64,000 nt of DNA from Gaiellaceae bacterium (GTDB lineage Bacteria; Actinomycetota; Thermoleophilia; Gaiellales; Gaiellaceae), in contig DATKRA010000081.1 of the NCBI GenBank assembly GCA_035532455.1, positions 2,805 through 66,804 on the forward strand, read 5' to 3'. A program made the translations under genes and the position numbers. Positions 28,065-36,951 of this stretch are shown here, in pieces. Positions within the stretch are counted from its first letter, which is position 1. Every line of letters begins with the position of its first letter. Under the pieces are notes generated by a model, which was not told the origin of the DNA, did not search any database, and saw only the letters and a list, made by a program, of their open reading frames with translations.

Positions 28065-28909
28065 TGCCGATCCGCCGTTACAAGCCGACGAGCCCCGGCC
28101 GCCGCTTCATGTCCGTCTCGACGTTCGAGGAGGTCACGAAGACCGAGCCGGAGAAGAGCCTGCTCGCTCCGCTCACGAAGAAGGGCGGCCGCAACGTCAA
28201 CGGCCGGATCACGACGCGCCACCAGGGCGGCGGCCACAAGCGCCGCTACCGCCTCATCGACTTCAAGCGCGTCAAGGACGGCGTGCCCGCCACCGTGGCC
28301 GCGATCGAGTACGACCCGAACCGTTCGGCGCGCATCGCGCTGCTCCACTACGCCGACGGCGCGAAGGCGTACATCATCGCGCCCTCGCAGCTGAAGGTCG
28401 GCGCGACGGTCGAGTCCGGGCCCGAGGCCGACATCAAGGTCGGGAACGCGCTCCCGCTCGAGAACATCCCGACGGGAACCCTCGTCCACAACATCGAGCT
28501 CAAGCCGGGCCAGGGCGCAAAGATGGCCCGCTCCGCCGGCGCCGGCGTCCAGCTCGTCGCGAAGGACGCCGGTTTCGCCGTCCTCCGCCTCCCGTCCGGC
28601 GAGATGCGCCGCGTGCCGCTCACGTGCCGCGCGACGGTCGGGCAGGTCGGGAACGTCGACCACCAGAACATCACCGGCGGCAAGGCCGGGCGTAGCCGCT
28701 GGCGCGGCAAGCGTCCGTCCGTGCGCGGCTCGGCGATGAACCCCGTCGACCATCCGCACGGCGGCGGCGAGGGCAAGTCGAAGGGCGGCCGTCATCCGGT
28801 CACCCCGTGGGGCGTGCCGACGCTCGGCAAGCGCACGCGCCGCAAGCACAAGGAGTCCGACAAGCTGATCGTCCGCGGCCGTCGCCGCGGCAAGGAGGGA
28901 CGGCGCTAA
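28064..28909 (+). CDS. rplB: 50S ribosomal protein L2
   Basis: [18 protein letters not shown]...[15 protein letters not shown]...[18 protein letters not shown]. Confidence 0.98.
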   Translation: MPIRRYKPTSPGRRFMSVSTFEEVTKTEPEKSLLAPLTKKGGRNVNGRITTRHQGGGHKRRYRLIDFKRVKDGVPATVAAIEYDPNRSARIALLHYADGAKAYIIAPSQLKVGATVESGPEADIKVGNALPLENIPTGTLVHNIELKPGQGAKMARSAGAGVQLVAKDAGFAVLRLPSGEMRRVPLTCRATVGQVGNVDHQNITGGKAGRSRWRGKRPSVRGSAMNPVDHPHGGGEGKSKGGRHPVTPWGVPTLGKRTRRKHKESDKLIVRGRRRGKEGRR

Positions 28910-29191
28910 ATGAGCCGCAGTTCGAAGAAGGGGCCTTTCGTGGAGGAGCGGCTGATGAGCCGCATCGAGGCGATGAACACGTCTGGCTCCAAGAACATGA
29001 TCAAGACCTGGTCGCGCTCGTCGACGATCTTCCCGGAGATGGTCGGACACACGATCGCCGTCCACGACGGCCGTAAGCACGTGCCCGTGTTCGTCTCCGA
29101 GCAGATGGTCGGCCACAAGCTCGGCGAGTTCGCGCCGACGCGGACGTTCCGCGGCCACGCCGGCGATCGCGCAGCAAAGGTGAAGCGCTAG
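28910..29191 (+). CDS. rpsS: 30S ribosomal protein S19
   Basis: [15 protein letters not shown]...[36 protein letters not shown]. Confidence 0.98.
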   Translation: MSRSSKKGPFVEERLMSRIEAMNTSGSKNMIKTWSRSSTIFPEMVGHTIAVHDGRKHVPVFVSEQMVGHKLGEFAPTRTFRGHAGDRAAKVKR

Positions 29192-29772
29192 TGGCAGTCG
29201 TCGAGCAGGAGCGGCAGACCGTGCGCGCGCAGGCGCGCTGGGTGCACTCGAGCGCGCGCAAGGCGCGGCTCGTCACCGACCTCATCCGCGGGCGCAGCGT
29301 GCCCGAGGCGCGGACGATCCTCGCGTTCTCGAATCGCGCCGTCGCGAAGGACGTCGAGAAGGTGCTGCGCTCGGCCGTCGCGAACGCCGAGTCCCGCCCC
29401 GACCTCCACTGGAGCGGCGACTCGCTCGTCGTCGTCACCGCCTACGCGGACGAGGGCCCGACGCTGAAGCGCTGGCGCGCCCGCGCGCGTGGCCGCGTCA
29501 ACAGGATTCGCAAGCGCACGTGCCACATCACGATCGAGCTCGCGCAGAGCCCCGCTGCAGTCGTGGCTGCCGCGGAGGCTGCAGCCGCGCCGAAGAAGCG
29601 CGCGCCGCGCAAGAAGGCCGAGCCGGTCGAGACCGAGGCTCTGCAACAGGAGACCGTGGTCGAGGAGAAGGCGTTCGAAGACCTCACGACGGAAGACGTC
29701 GAGGCGATGGAGACCGAGACAGAGACAGACGAGGTCTTGACCGAGGAGACCACCGAGGAGACCGAGAGCTAA
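29191..29772 (+). CDS. rplV: 50S ribosomal protein L22 with a roughly 75-aa C-terminal extension
   Basis: GTG start overlaps the rpsS stop. Core [26 protein letters not shown]...[13 protein letters not shown]. The tail from about 29542 contains [19 protein letters not shown] followed by an acidic run. Confidence 0.95.
   Translation: MAVVEQERQTVRAQARWVHSSARKARLVTDLIRGRSVPEARTILAFSNRAVAKDVEKVLRSAVANAESRPDLHWSGDSLVVVTAYADEGPTLKRWRARARGRVNRIRKRTCHITIELAQSPAAVVAAAEAAAAPKKRAPRKKAEPVETEALQQETVVEEKAFEDLTTEDVEAMETETETDEVLTEETTEETES
29596..29625 (+). repeat. 30-nt block in the L22 tail that is 29/30 identical to a block in the S3 tail (encodes [10 protein letters not shown])
   Basis: AAGCGCGCGCCGCGCAAGAAGGCCGAGCCG here versus AAGCGGGCGCCGCGCAAGAAGGCCGAGCCG at 30861-30890. 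Same reading frame in both genes. Confidence 0.85.
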
Positions 29773-30944
29773 TGGGACAGAAGATTCATCCTGGGGGACT
29801 CCGCGTGGGCGTCATCCACGACTGGAAGTCCAACTGGTACACCGGCAAGAAGGAGTTCGCGGGCTACATCCTCGAGGACGTCAAGATCCGCGAGCACATC
29901 TACGGGAAGCTCGCGCACGCGGGGCTGTCCGACATCCTCATCCGCAAGGACAAGCAGCGGATCACGGTCGACATCTACACCGCGCGCCCGGGCATCGTGA
30001 TCGGCAAGTCGGGCGTTGAGGTCGACGCGCTGCGCAAAGAGCTGCATGCGCTCACCCAGAAGAACGTCCACATCAACATCAACGAGATCAAGCGCCCCGA
30101 GCTCGACGCGAAGCTCGTCGCGCAGTCGATCGCGGAGCAGCTCTCCAACCGCGTCGCCTTCCGGCGCGCGATGAAGCGCGCGCTCGCCTCGGCCATCCGC
30201 TCAGGTGCCGCCGGCGTGAAGATCCGGTGCGGAGGACGGCTCGGCGGCGGCGAGATGAGCCGCAGCGAGACGTACAGCGAGGGCCGCGTCCCGCTCCACA
30301 CCATTCGCGCCGACATCGACTACGGCTTCGTCGAGGCGAAGACCTCCGCCGGCCGCATCGGCGTCAAGGTCTGGATCAACAAGGGCGAGATCATGCCGGA
30401 GGGCTTCGGCGAGGCCGACAACCGGCTTGGCGACCAGGACACGCGCCGCCGTCGCGGCGGTGCGCTCGAGGGACTCGGCGCGTCGCGCGAGAGCAGCCGC
30501 ACCCGTGGTCAGGATCGCGAGGGCCTCGGCCCGGTGCGCCAGCGCCGGCGCGGCCCCGGTGGCGGTCCCGGCGGCCAGGGCGGCTCCGGTCGTCCCGGCC
30601 AGCGCCGCGGGCCCGGTTCGTCTGGCGCACGCCCTTCGGGCGGCGCGGGTGGGCCCGGCGGACGCCCTGCGGGCGGCGGACGCGGTCCGCGCCGCGACCA
30701 ACCCGTCGAGCAGCCGCGCACGGAGGAGACGCCGGTGACCGATCCGGTCGTCGAGACTCCGGCCCCGGAGCAGGTCGTCGAGACGCCGGCGGTCGAAGCC
30801 GTCGAAGCGGCTCCCGTGACCGAGGCTTCCGCGCCCGAGGCTCCCGCAGAGGAGAAGCCGAAGCGGGCGCCGCGCAAGAAGGCCGAGCCGAAGGCCGAGG
30901 CGGAGCCGACGCCCGACGCGGAGTCGAAGGACGGTGATGCCTGA
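29772..30944 (+). CDS. rpsC: 30S ribosomal protein S3 (390 aa) with a roughly 180-aa Arg/Gly-rich then acidic C-terminal extension
   Basis: ATG at 29772 (TAATG) inside ORF 29520..30944. [23 protein letters not shown]..., KH domain. The tail from about 30408 has [28 protein letters not shown]..., then [43 protein letters not shown]. Confidence 0.95.
   Translation: MGQKIHPGGLRVGVIHDWKSNWYTGKKEFAGYILEDVKIREHIYGKLAHAGLSDILIRKDKQRITVDIYTARPGIVIGKSGVEVDALRKELHALTQKNVHININEIKRPELDAKLVAQSIAEQLSNRVAFRRAMKRALASAIRSGAAGVKIRCGGRLGGGEMSRSETYSEGRVPLHTIRADIDYGFVEAKTSAGRIGVKVWINKGEIMPEGFGEADNRLGDQDTRRRRGGALEGLGASRESSRTRGQDREGLGPVRQRRRGPGGGPGGQGGSGRPGQRRGPGSSGARPSGGAGGPGGRPAGGGRGPRRDQPVEQPRTEETPVTDPVVETPAPEQVVETPAVEAVEAAPVTEASAPEAPAEEKPKRAPRKKAEPKAEAEPTPDAESKDGDA
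30861..30890 (+). repeat. Second copy (S3 tail) of the [10 protein letters not shown]-encoding block
   Basis: See 29596-29625. 24 consecutive identical nucleotides (29602-29625 = 30867-30890). Confidence 0.85.
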
Positions 30945-31363
30945 TGTTGATGCCGAAGAAGACGAAGTTCCGGAAGGTCCATCGCGGCCGCCGGCGTGGC
31001 GCATCCACCGGGCAGACCGTCGTCCAGTACGGCGACTACGGCCTCAAGGCCATGGACGCCGGCTGGATCACGAACCGCCAGATCGAGGCGGCTCGTATCG
31101 CGATGACGCGCAAGATCAAGCGCGGCGGCAAGGTCTGGATCAACGTCTTCCCCGACAAGAGCTTCACGAAGAAGCCGGCCGAGACGCGCATGGGCTCCGG
31201 CAAGGGCTCGCCCGAAGGCTGGGTGGCCGTGATCAAGCCGGGCCGTGTGATGTTCGAGCTTGCGGGCGTCCCTGAGCCGCTCGCCAAGGAGGCGCTCCGG
31301 CTCGCGGGCCAGAAGCTGTCGATCAAGACGAAGATCGTGAAGCGGGAGGCTGAGCTCTTTTGA
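30944..31363 (+). CDS. rplP: 50S ribosomal protein L16
   Basis: [19 protein letters not shown]...; overlaps the rpsC stop (TGATG). Confidence 0.98.
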   Translation: MLMPKKTKFRKVHRGRRRGASTGQTVVQYGDYGLKAMDAGWITNRQIEAARIAMTRKIKRGGKVWINVFPDKSFTKKPAETRMGSGKGSPEGWVAVIKPGRVMFELAGVPEPLAKEALRLAGQKLSIKTKIVKREAELF

Positions 31364-31566
31364 CCAGGGCATCTGAACTGCGTGCGATGACGGACGAGGA
31401 GCTCGATCACCGGCTCTCCGAGCGGCGGCAGGAGCTGTTCAACCTCCGCTTCCAGTCGGTGACGGGTGCGCTCGAGAACTCGGCGCGTCTGAAGCTCGCG
31501 AAGCGCGAGATCGCCCGCATCCTCACCGTTGTGACCGAGCGAGAAGCGGAGAAGGCAGGAGCATGA
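31360..31566 (+). CDS. rpmC: 50S ribosomal protein L29
   Basis: TTG start overlaps the rplP stop. [51 protein letters not shown]. Confidence 0.93.
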   Translation: MTRASELRAMTDEELDHRLSERRQELFNLRFQSVTGALENSARLKLAKREIARILTVVTEREAEKAGA

Positions 31567-32291
31567 GCGAGAACGAAGAGACAACTGACGAGACCCCGGT
31601 GGAGATGACGCCTGAGGGTGTCGAGGAGCCGTCCGAGGAGACCTCGGAAGCTCCGGCTGCGCCGGAGCCGGTGGAAGAGCCTGAGGCAGAGGCCGAAGCG
31701 CCTGCCGACGAGCCGGTCGCCGAAGCCGAAGTCGAGGAGCCCGCGGTCGAAGAGCCGGCGGCGGAGCCCGAGGCTGCCGTCGAGGAGGCGCCCGCCGAGG
31801 AAACCCCGGCTGAGGAGACTGCCGCCGAAGAGCCCGCTGCCGACGAGCCTGCAGCCGAAGCCGAGACGGCGCCTGCCGCTGAGGCAGAAGCGGCTCCGGC
31901 TGCTCCTCAACCTCAGTCCGAGCCGAAGAAGAAGGGCAAGCGCCTCCCGCGCCGGCTGCGCCCGGAGAAGACCCGCCCGACCCGTCCGGCCGCGACGGCC
32001 GAGCGCAAGCCCGTCGTCCGCCTGCCGAAGCCCGACCACGACCGTGGCCGCCGGCAGGAGCGCCGGGGCGTCGTCGTCTCGAACGCGATGGACAAGACGA
32101 TCGTCGTCAAGGTCGACGTGATCACCTCGCACCAGAGGTACAAGAAAGTCATCCGCCGCAGCGTGAAGTTCCACGCCCACGACGAGCAGAACGCGGCGAA
32201 CGTCGGCGACGTCGTCCGCATCGTCGAGACGCGGCCGCTCTCGAAGACGAAGCACTGGCGGCTCGCCGAGATCGTCGAGGCAGCGAAATGA
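31563..32291 (+). CDS. rpsQ: 30S ribosomal protein S17 (242 aa) with a roughly 165-aa acidic then basic N-terminal extension
   Basis: ATGA overlap with rpmC. The conserved core is only the last ~78 aa ([68 protein letters not shown]). There is no in-frame ATG/GTG/TTG just upstream of the core, so a long form is required. Confidence 0.9.
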   Translation: MSENEETTDETPVEMTPEGVEEPSEETSEAPAAPEPVEEPEAEAEAPADEPVAEAEVEEPAVEEPAAEPEAAVEEAPAEETPAEETAAEEPAADEPAAEAETAPAAEAEAAPAAPQPQSEPKKKGKRLPRRLRPEKTRPTRPAATAERKPVVRLPKPDHDRGRRQERRGVVVSNAMDKTIVVKVDVITSHQRYKKVIRRSVKFHAHDEQNAANVGDVVRIVETRPLSKTKHWRLAEIVEAAK

Positions 32292-32656
32292 TCCAGCAGG
32301 AGTCCCGCCTCAAGGTGGCCGACAACACGGGCGCCCGCGAGATCCTGTGCATCCGCGTCAAGGGCGGCCATCACCGCCGTTACGCGCGCGTCGGCGACAT
32401 CATCGTCGGCACCGTCAAGACCGCGACGCCGCAGGGCGCGGTCAAGAAGGGCGAGGTCGTCACGGCCGTCGTCGTGCGGACGAAGAAGCCGTTCGGCCGC
32501 GACGACGGGACGACGATCGCCTTCGACGAGAACGCCGCCGTGATCATCGACAACCAGCGCAACCCGCGTGGCACCCGCATCTTCGGACCGGTCGCGCGCG
32601 AGCTGCGCGAGAAGAACTTCATGAAGATCGTCTCGCTCGCCCCGGAGGTGCTCTAG
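32288..32656 (+). CDS. rplN: 50S ribosomal protein L14
   Basis: [27 protein letters not shown]... Confidence 0.98.
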   Translation: MIQQESRLKVADNTGAREILCIRVKGGHHRRYARVGDIIVGTVKTATPQGAVKKGEVVTAVVVRTKKPFGRDDGTTIAFDENAAVIIDNQRNPRGTRIFGPVARELREKNFMKIVSLAPEVL

Positions 32657-32658
32657 CC

Positions 32659-33024
32659 GTGTCCCAGACGATGAAGATCAAGAAGGGCGACAGGGTGCAC
32701 GTCCTCCGCGGCAAGGACGCCGGCAAGGAAGGCCGCGTCGTCGAGGCCCTGCCGAAGGACGGCAAGGTCGTCGTCGAGAACATCAACGTGATCAAGAAGC
32801 ACCGCCGGCCGCGCGTGATCCAGAACGCGACCGCGGGCATGGGCGGCGGCATGGTGCCGGGCGGGATCATCGACCTCCCTGCGCCGCTGCCGGTCGCGAA
32901 CGTGATGCTCGTCTGCCCGACGTGCGGCAAGCCGACCCGCGTCGGCACCGTGGAGAAGACCATCGCCGGCAAGCAAGTCCGCCTTCGCGTCTGCAAGAAG
33001 TGCGGCGAGGAGATCGACAAATGA
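32659..33024 (+). CDS. rplX: 50S ribosomal protein L24 (Cys4 zinc-ribbon form)
   Basis: GTG at 32659 lies 8 nt after GGAGGTG; the ATG at 32671 (MKIKKGD) is the alternative. KOW motif plus CPTCG...CKKCG. Confidence 0.93.
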   Translation: MSQTMKIKKGDRVHVLRGKDAGKEGRVVEALPKDGKVVVENINVIKKHRRPRVIQNATAGMGGGMVPGGIIDLPAPLPVANVMLVCPTCGKPTRVGTVEKTIAGKQVRLRVCKKCGEEIDK

Positions 33025-33611
33025 GCCCCACCGCGACCAAGACATACACGCCGCGCCTCAAGGACCTCTACGAGGCGGAGATCCGCGAGCGCCTCAAGGA
33101 CGAGCTCGGCCTCGACTCGATCATGCAGGTCCCGTACATCGAGAAGATCACGCTCAACATGGGCGTCGGCGAGGCGAAAACCGACTCGAAGGCGATGGAC
33201 GCCGCGATCGAGGAGCTGTCGACGATCGCCGGCCAGCGCGCCCAGGTGCGCAAGGCGACCAAGTCGATCGCGCAGTTCAAGTTGCGCGAGGGGATGGCCG
33301 TCGGCGCGCGGGTCACGCTGCGCGGCCCCCGCATGTACGAGTTCCTCGACCGGCTCGTGTCGATCGCGCTGCCCCGCATCCGCGACTTCCGCGGCCTCAA
33401 CCCGCGCTCGTTCGACGGACGCGGCAACTTCTCGATGGGCGTGCGCGAGCAGCTCATCTTCCCGGAGCTCAACTACGACGACATTCAGGACGTCCGCGGC
33501 CTCGACGTGACGATCACGACGAGCGCGCAGTCGGACGAGCATGCGCTCGCGCTGCTGCTGGCCCTCGGCCTGCCGTTCGCGAACGCCGACGGCGAAGGAA
33601 GGAACATCTAA
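33021..33611 (+). CDS. rplE: 50S ribosomal protein L5
   Basis: ATGA overlap. ...[42 protein letters not shown]. Confidence 0.97.
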   Translation: MSPTATKTYTPRLKDLYEAEIRERLKDELGLDSIMQVPYIEKITLNMGVGEAKTDSKAMDAAIEELSTIAGQRAQVRKATKSIAQFKLREGMAVGARVTLRGPRMYEFLDRLVSIALPRIRDFRGLNPRSFDGRGNFSMGVREQLIFPELNYDDIQDVRGLDVTITTSAQSDEHALALLLALGLPFANADGEGRNI

Positions 33612-33796
33612 TGGCGAAAACCTCTCTCGTCGTGAAGCAGCGGCGACCCCAGAAGTTCAAGGTGCGGAACTACACGCGCTGCAACCGGTGCGGCCGCCCG
33701 CGCGCGGTGTTCAAGAAGTTCGGCCTCTGCCGGATCTGCCTGCGCGAGCTCGCCCACCAGGGCGCCATCCCCGGCATGACGAAGTCCAGTTGGTAG
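33611..33796 (+). CDS. rpsN: 30S ribosomal protein S14, type Z (zinc-binding, 61 aa)
   Basis: [61 protein letters not shown]. Confidence 0.97.
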   Translation: MAKTSLVVKQRRPQKFKVRNYTRCNRCGRPRAVFKKFGLCRICLRELAHQGAIPGMTKSSW

Positions 33797-33806
33797 GAGA
33801 AGCCAC

Positions 33807-34235
33807 GTGCTGACAGATCCGATCGCAGACATGCTGACCCGCATCCGTAACGCCAACAAGGCGCTGCACGAGCACGCCGCCATGCCGAGCTCGCGGATGA
33901 AGGTCGAGATCGCCAAGCTCCTCAAGGACGAGGGCTACATCCGGGACTACCACGTAGAGAAGCCCGACGCGTGGAACGCGTCCCACCCAGAGGACAAACG
34001 GTCCTTCGATACCCTGGTCGTCGACCTCAAGTTCGGTCGCGATCGCGAGCGGGTCATCTCCGGCCTGAAGCGCGTGTCGAAGCCGGGCCGCAGGGTCTAC
34101 GCGCGGAAGGATCGCCTGCCGCGCGTGCTGGGCGGGATGGGCGTCGCGATCCTGTCCACATCGTCGGGTCTCGTCACGAGCCGCACCGCACAGGAGCGGG
34201 GGATCGGCGGCGAGGTCGTCGCTTTCATCTGGTAA
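33807..34235 (+). CDS. rpsH: 30S ribosomal protein S8
   Basis: GTG start after [27 protein letters not shown]...GGEVVAFIW. Confidence 0.97.
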   Translation: MLTDPIADMLTRIRNANKALHEHAAMPSSRMKVEIAKLLKDEGYIRDYHVEKPDAWNASHPEDKRSFDTLVVDLKFGRDRERVISGLKRVSKPGRRVYARKDRLPRVLGGMGVAILSTSSGLVTSRTAQERGIGGEVVAFIW

Positions 34236-34239
34236 CCGC

Positions 34240-34773
34240 ATGAGTCGCATCGGAAAAGCCCCCATTGAGATCCCGGACGGTGTCACCGTCACGATCGAGC
34301 CTGCCCGCGTTGCGGTGGCGGGCCCGCTCGGCGCGCTGCAGCAGCAGGTGCCGGCGCGGATGAAGATCGAACAGTCCGACGGCGTCGTCACCGTGACGCG
34401 CCCGACCGAGCGCGGCGAGGACCGCTCGCTGCACGGCCTGACGCGGACGCTCGTCGCGAACATGGTCGAGGGCGTGACGAAGGGCTTCGAGAAGAAGCTC
34501 GAGATCCAGGGCGTCGGCTACCGCGCCCAGCTCAAGGGCTCCGACCTCGAGCTCAGCGTCGGCTACTCGCATCCGGTGACGATCAAGCCGCGCACCGGCA
34601 TCACATTCGAGGTGCCGACGCCGACGGAGATCGTCGTCAAGGGGACGGACAAGCAGATGGTCGGCCAGACGGCCGCCGAGATCCGCAAGGTGCGCAAGCC
34701 GGAGCCGTACAAGGGCAAGGGCATCCGCTACGAGGGCGAGTACGTGCGCAGGAAAGTAGGCAAGCGTGCCTGA
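34240..34773 (+). CDS. rplF: 50S ribosomal protein L6
   Basis: [20 protein letters not shown]...[23 protein letters not shown]. Confidence 0.97.
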   Translation: MSRIGKAPIEIPDGVTVTIEPARVAVAGPLGALQQQVPARMKIEQSDGVVTVTRPTERGEDRSLHGLTRTLVANMVEGVTKGFEKKLEIQGVGYRAQLKGSDLELSVGYSHPVTIKPRTGITFEVPTPTEIVVKGTDKQMVGQTAAEIRKVRKPEPYKGKGIRYEGEYVRRKVGKRA

Positions 34774-34784
34774 GACTCCTGGTC

Positions 34785-34826
34785 GCGCATCGCTCCAGGG
34801 CGGCGAAGCCGCCCTCCGCGATGCGC
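34785..34826 (+). other. Extended hairpin in the rplF-rplR spacer
   Basis: GCGCATCGC-TCCA-GGGCGGC-GAA-GCCGCCC-TCC-GCGATGCGC (9+7 bp with a small internal loop). Confidence 0.5.
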
Positions 34827-34861
34827 TGTCGCCGCTCGCTGCGCGCGACTGCGCTCGCTCC

Positions 34862-34891
34862 CCGCGGCCGTACTATTCGTACTGTCCGCGG
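34862..34891 (+). other. Second hairpin in the rplF-rplR spacer
   Basis: CCGCGG-cc-GTAC-tattc-GTAC-tgt-CCGCGG, flanked by three GCTCGCT(C) direct repeats (about 34834, 34853, 34891). Confidence 0.4.
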
Positions 34892-34937
34892 CTCGCTCGC
34901 TTGCCGCACTTGCCAGCGACGACCCAGGAGCCTCAGG

Positions 34938-35294
34938 ATGCCTAGCCTGACCGTCAGGGAGGGTCGCCTCCGCCGGCATCGCCGCGTCCGCGCGAAGGTC
35001 ATCGGCACCGCCGAGAAGCCGCGTCTCGTCGTCTTCCGCTCGAACCGCGGCATCGAGGCGCAGCTCGTCGACGACGCGTCCGGCACGACGCTCGCGTCGG
35101 CGTCGCATCTCGGGCTCGCGAAGTCTTTCAAGGGCGACAAGTCGAAGCAGGCGGAGGCGGTCGGGAAGGCCCTCGCGGCGGCGGCGACGAAGGCCGGTGT
35201 CGAGGCGTGCGTCTTCGACCGCGGCGGCTACCTCTACCACGGACGTGTGAAGGCGCTCGCCGACGGCGCCCGCGAAGGAGGCCTGAAGTTTTGA
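34938..35294 (+). CDS. rplR: 50S ribosomal protein L18
   Basis: ATG at 34938 lies 8 nt after [51 protein letters not shown]... The upstream part of ORF 34821.. is Arg/Cys junk. Confidence 0.95.
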   Translation: MPSLTVREGRLRRHRRVRAKVIGTAEKPRLVVFRSNRGIEAQLVDDASGTTLASASHLGLAKSFKGDKSKQAEAVGKALAAAATKAGVEACVFDRGGYLYHGRVKALADGAREGGLKF

Positions 35295-36115
35295 GTGGGA
35301 TCGAATACACCGAGACGCGCGAGCTGAAGGAGCGCGTCGTCGAGATCAACCGTGTCGCCAAGGTCGTCAAGGGCGGCCGGCGCTTCTCCTTCACGGCGCT
35401 CGTCGTCGTGGGGGACGAGGTCGACCGCGTCGGCCTCGGCTACGGCAAGGCGCGCGAGGTCCCGCTCGCGATCACGAAGGCCGTCGAGGACGCGAAGAAG
35501 AACATGTTCACGATCCCGAAGCACGGCTCGACGATCACGCACGAGGTGCTCGGCCGCTTCGACGCGGCTCGCGTCATGCTGCGGCCCGCCTCGGAGGGAA
35601 CCGGCGTCATCGCCGGCGGCGGCGTGCGCGCGGTACTCGAGCTCGGCGGCGTTCGTAACGTGCTCGCGAAAAGCCTCGGCACGACCAATCCGATCAACAT
35701 GGCGAAGGCGACCGTCGCGGCTCTCCAGGATCTGCGCCGTCCGGAGGACGTCGCGAAGATGCGCGGCAAGCGCATCTCGGAGGTGCTGCCGTTTGTCACC
35801 GCAGTTCCGGCCGAGGACGAGGTCGCCGAGGCGCCGGTCGCCGAGGCTCCGGCCGCGGAGGCCGCACCAGAAGTGTCCGCTCTCCAAGCACCCGAGGAGG
35901 GAGGCGAGGTCTTGAGTGAGTCCGGCCGCTCGTCGGCGGATTCGCCGCCGACGATTGCAGCCACAGAGCCGGTCGCCGAGGCCGAGACTGCTCCGGCCGA
36001 GGAAAGAGGCGAGGTCTCGACTGAGCCCGGCCGCTCGCCGGCGGCTTCGCCGACGGCGGATGCAGCCTCAGCCAAGAAGCGGCTCTCTCTCCGTCGCAAG
36101 AAGGATGACGCCTAA
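35291..36115 (+). CDS. rpsE: 30S ribosomal protein S5 (274 aa) with a roughly 105-aa C-terminal extension containing two copies of a repeated module
   Basis: TTG at 35291 overlaps the rplR stop. Core [32 protein letters not shown]...[19 protein letters not shown]. The tail runs from about 35792. Confidence 0.93.
   Translation: MSGIEYTETRELKERVVEINRVAKVVKGGRRFSFTALVVVGDEVDRVGLGYGKAREVPLAITKAVEDAKKNMFTIPKHGSTITHEVLGRFDAARVMLRPASEGTGVIAGGGVRAVLELGGVRNVLAKSLGTTNPINMAKATVAALQDLRRPEDVAKMRGKRISEVLPFVTAVPAEDEVAEAPVAEAPAAEAAPEVSALQAPEEGGEVLSESGRSSADSPPTIAATEPVAEAETAPAEERGEVSTEPGRSPAASPTADAASAKKRLSLRRKKDDA
35901..35962 (+). repeat. Tail-repeat copy 1 (S5), encodes [21 protein letters not shown]
   Basis: 62 nt, 53/62 identical to copy 2 by manual alignment, same reading frame. 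Confidence 0.85.
36006..36067 (+). repeat. Tail-repeat copy 2 (S5), encodes [21 protein letters not shown]
   Basis: GAGGCGAGGTCTCGACTGAGCCCGGCCGCTCGCCGGCGGCTTCGCCGACGGCGGATGCAGCC. Confidence 0.85.
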
Positions 36116-36295
36116 ATGGCGAAGGTCAAGATCACGCAGGTCAAGTCCCAGATCGGGCAGTCCGAGCGGCATCGCGGTACCCTGCGCGCGCTCGGCCTCG
36201 GCAAGATCGGCCGCACCGCCGAGCAGGAGGAGTCGCCGGTGCTCGCCGGCATGCTCCGCAAAGTCCGCCACCTCGTGAAGGTCGAGAGCGCGTAA
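36116..36295 (+). CDS. rpmD: 50S ribosomal protein L30 (59 aa; below the cut-off of the ORF track)
   Basis: Manual translation: MAKVKITQVKSQIGQSERHRGTLRALGLGKIGRTAEQEESPVLAGMLRKVRHLVKVESA*. It starts one nt after the rpsE stop, and its TAA overlaps the rplO ATG. Confidence 0.93.
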   Translation: MAKVKITQVKSQIGQSERHRGTLRALGLGKIGRTAEQEESPVLAGMLRKVRHLVKVESA

Positions 36296-36948
36296 TGCCC
36301 GAGAAGCAACTCAACCTCTCGAACCTCTCGCCGGCCCAGCCGCGCGAGGACCGCAAGCGCGTCGGCCGCGGGCTCGGCTCCGGCAAGGGCCGCTACGCCG
36401 GCCGTGGCATCAAGGGCCAGAAGTCGCGCGCGGGCTCGCACAAGATGGCTGCCGGCTTCGAGGGCGGCCAAACGAAGCTCTTCATGCGGATCGGCAAGCT
36501 GCGCGGCAACACGTCTGCCGACGCGATGCCGATCGGCCCGTTCCGCACGTACACGCAGCCGGTCAACCTCCGCGACCTCGAGCGCTTCGAAGCGGGCGCC
36601 GAGGTGACGCCCGAGACGCTCGTCGAGAAGGGCCTGCTCAAGAACACGAAGATCGACGTCAAGCTGCTCGGCGACGGCGAGCTCACGAAGAAGCTCACCG
36701 TCCGCGTCCACGCCATCTCTGCCTCCGCGCGCGAGAAGGTCGAGGCCGCCGGCGGAACCGTCGAGCTGCTGCGCGAGCCGAAGGTCAAGAAGGTGCGCCA
36801 CCACAAGGCGAAGCCGGTGGCGGCAACAGAGCCGACGGAGGAGGAGTCGACCTCAGAGGCTCAGGAAAGTGGTGAGGTTTCGGAAGAGCCCGGCCGGGAT
36901 CCGGCGGCTTCGCCGGCGGATCTTCCAGCCACCGAGGCGGAGGAGTAA
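36295..36948 (+). CDS. rplO: 50S ribosomal protein L15 (217 aa) with a roughly 58-aa C-terminal extension carrying the third repeat copy
   Basis: ...RKRVGRGLGSGKGRYAGRGIKGQKSRAG...; tail from about 36772: EPKVKKVRHHKAKPVAATEPTEEESTSEAQESGEVSEEPGRDPAASPADLPATEAEE. Confidence 0.95.
   Translation: MPEKQLNLSNLSPAQPREDRKRVGRGLGSGKGRYAGRGIKGQKSRAGSHKMAAGFEGGQTKLFMRIGKLRGNTSADAMPIGPFRTYTQPVNLRDLERFEAGAEVTPETLVEKGLLKNTKIDVKLLGDGELTKKLTVRVHAISASAREKVEAAGGTVELLREPKVKKVRHHKAKPVAATEPTEEESTSEAQESGEVSEEPGRDPAASPADLPATEAEE
36871..36930 (+). repeat. Tail-repeat copy 3 (L15), encodes SGEVSEEPGRDPAASPADLPA
   Basis: 60 nt, 45/60 identical to copy 2 (manual alignment), same frame. Several differences are synonymous (GGC/GGT, GTC/GTT). 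Confidence 0.8.
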
Positions 36949-36951
36949 GGC

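Noticed and set aside
34798-34815. GGCGGCGAAGCCGCC in the rplF-rplR hairpin is the reverse complement of GGCGGCTTCGCC found in the S5/L15 tail repeats, suggesting a common mobile element
   Set aside because: The same 12-mer also occurs in ordinary coding sequence (for example pilN 241-252, codons GGFA). The match is most likely a GC-rich coincidence.
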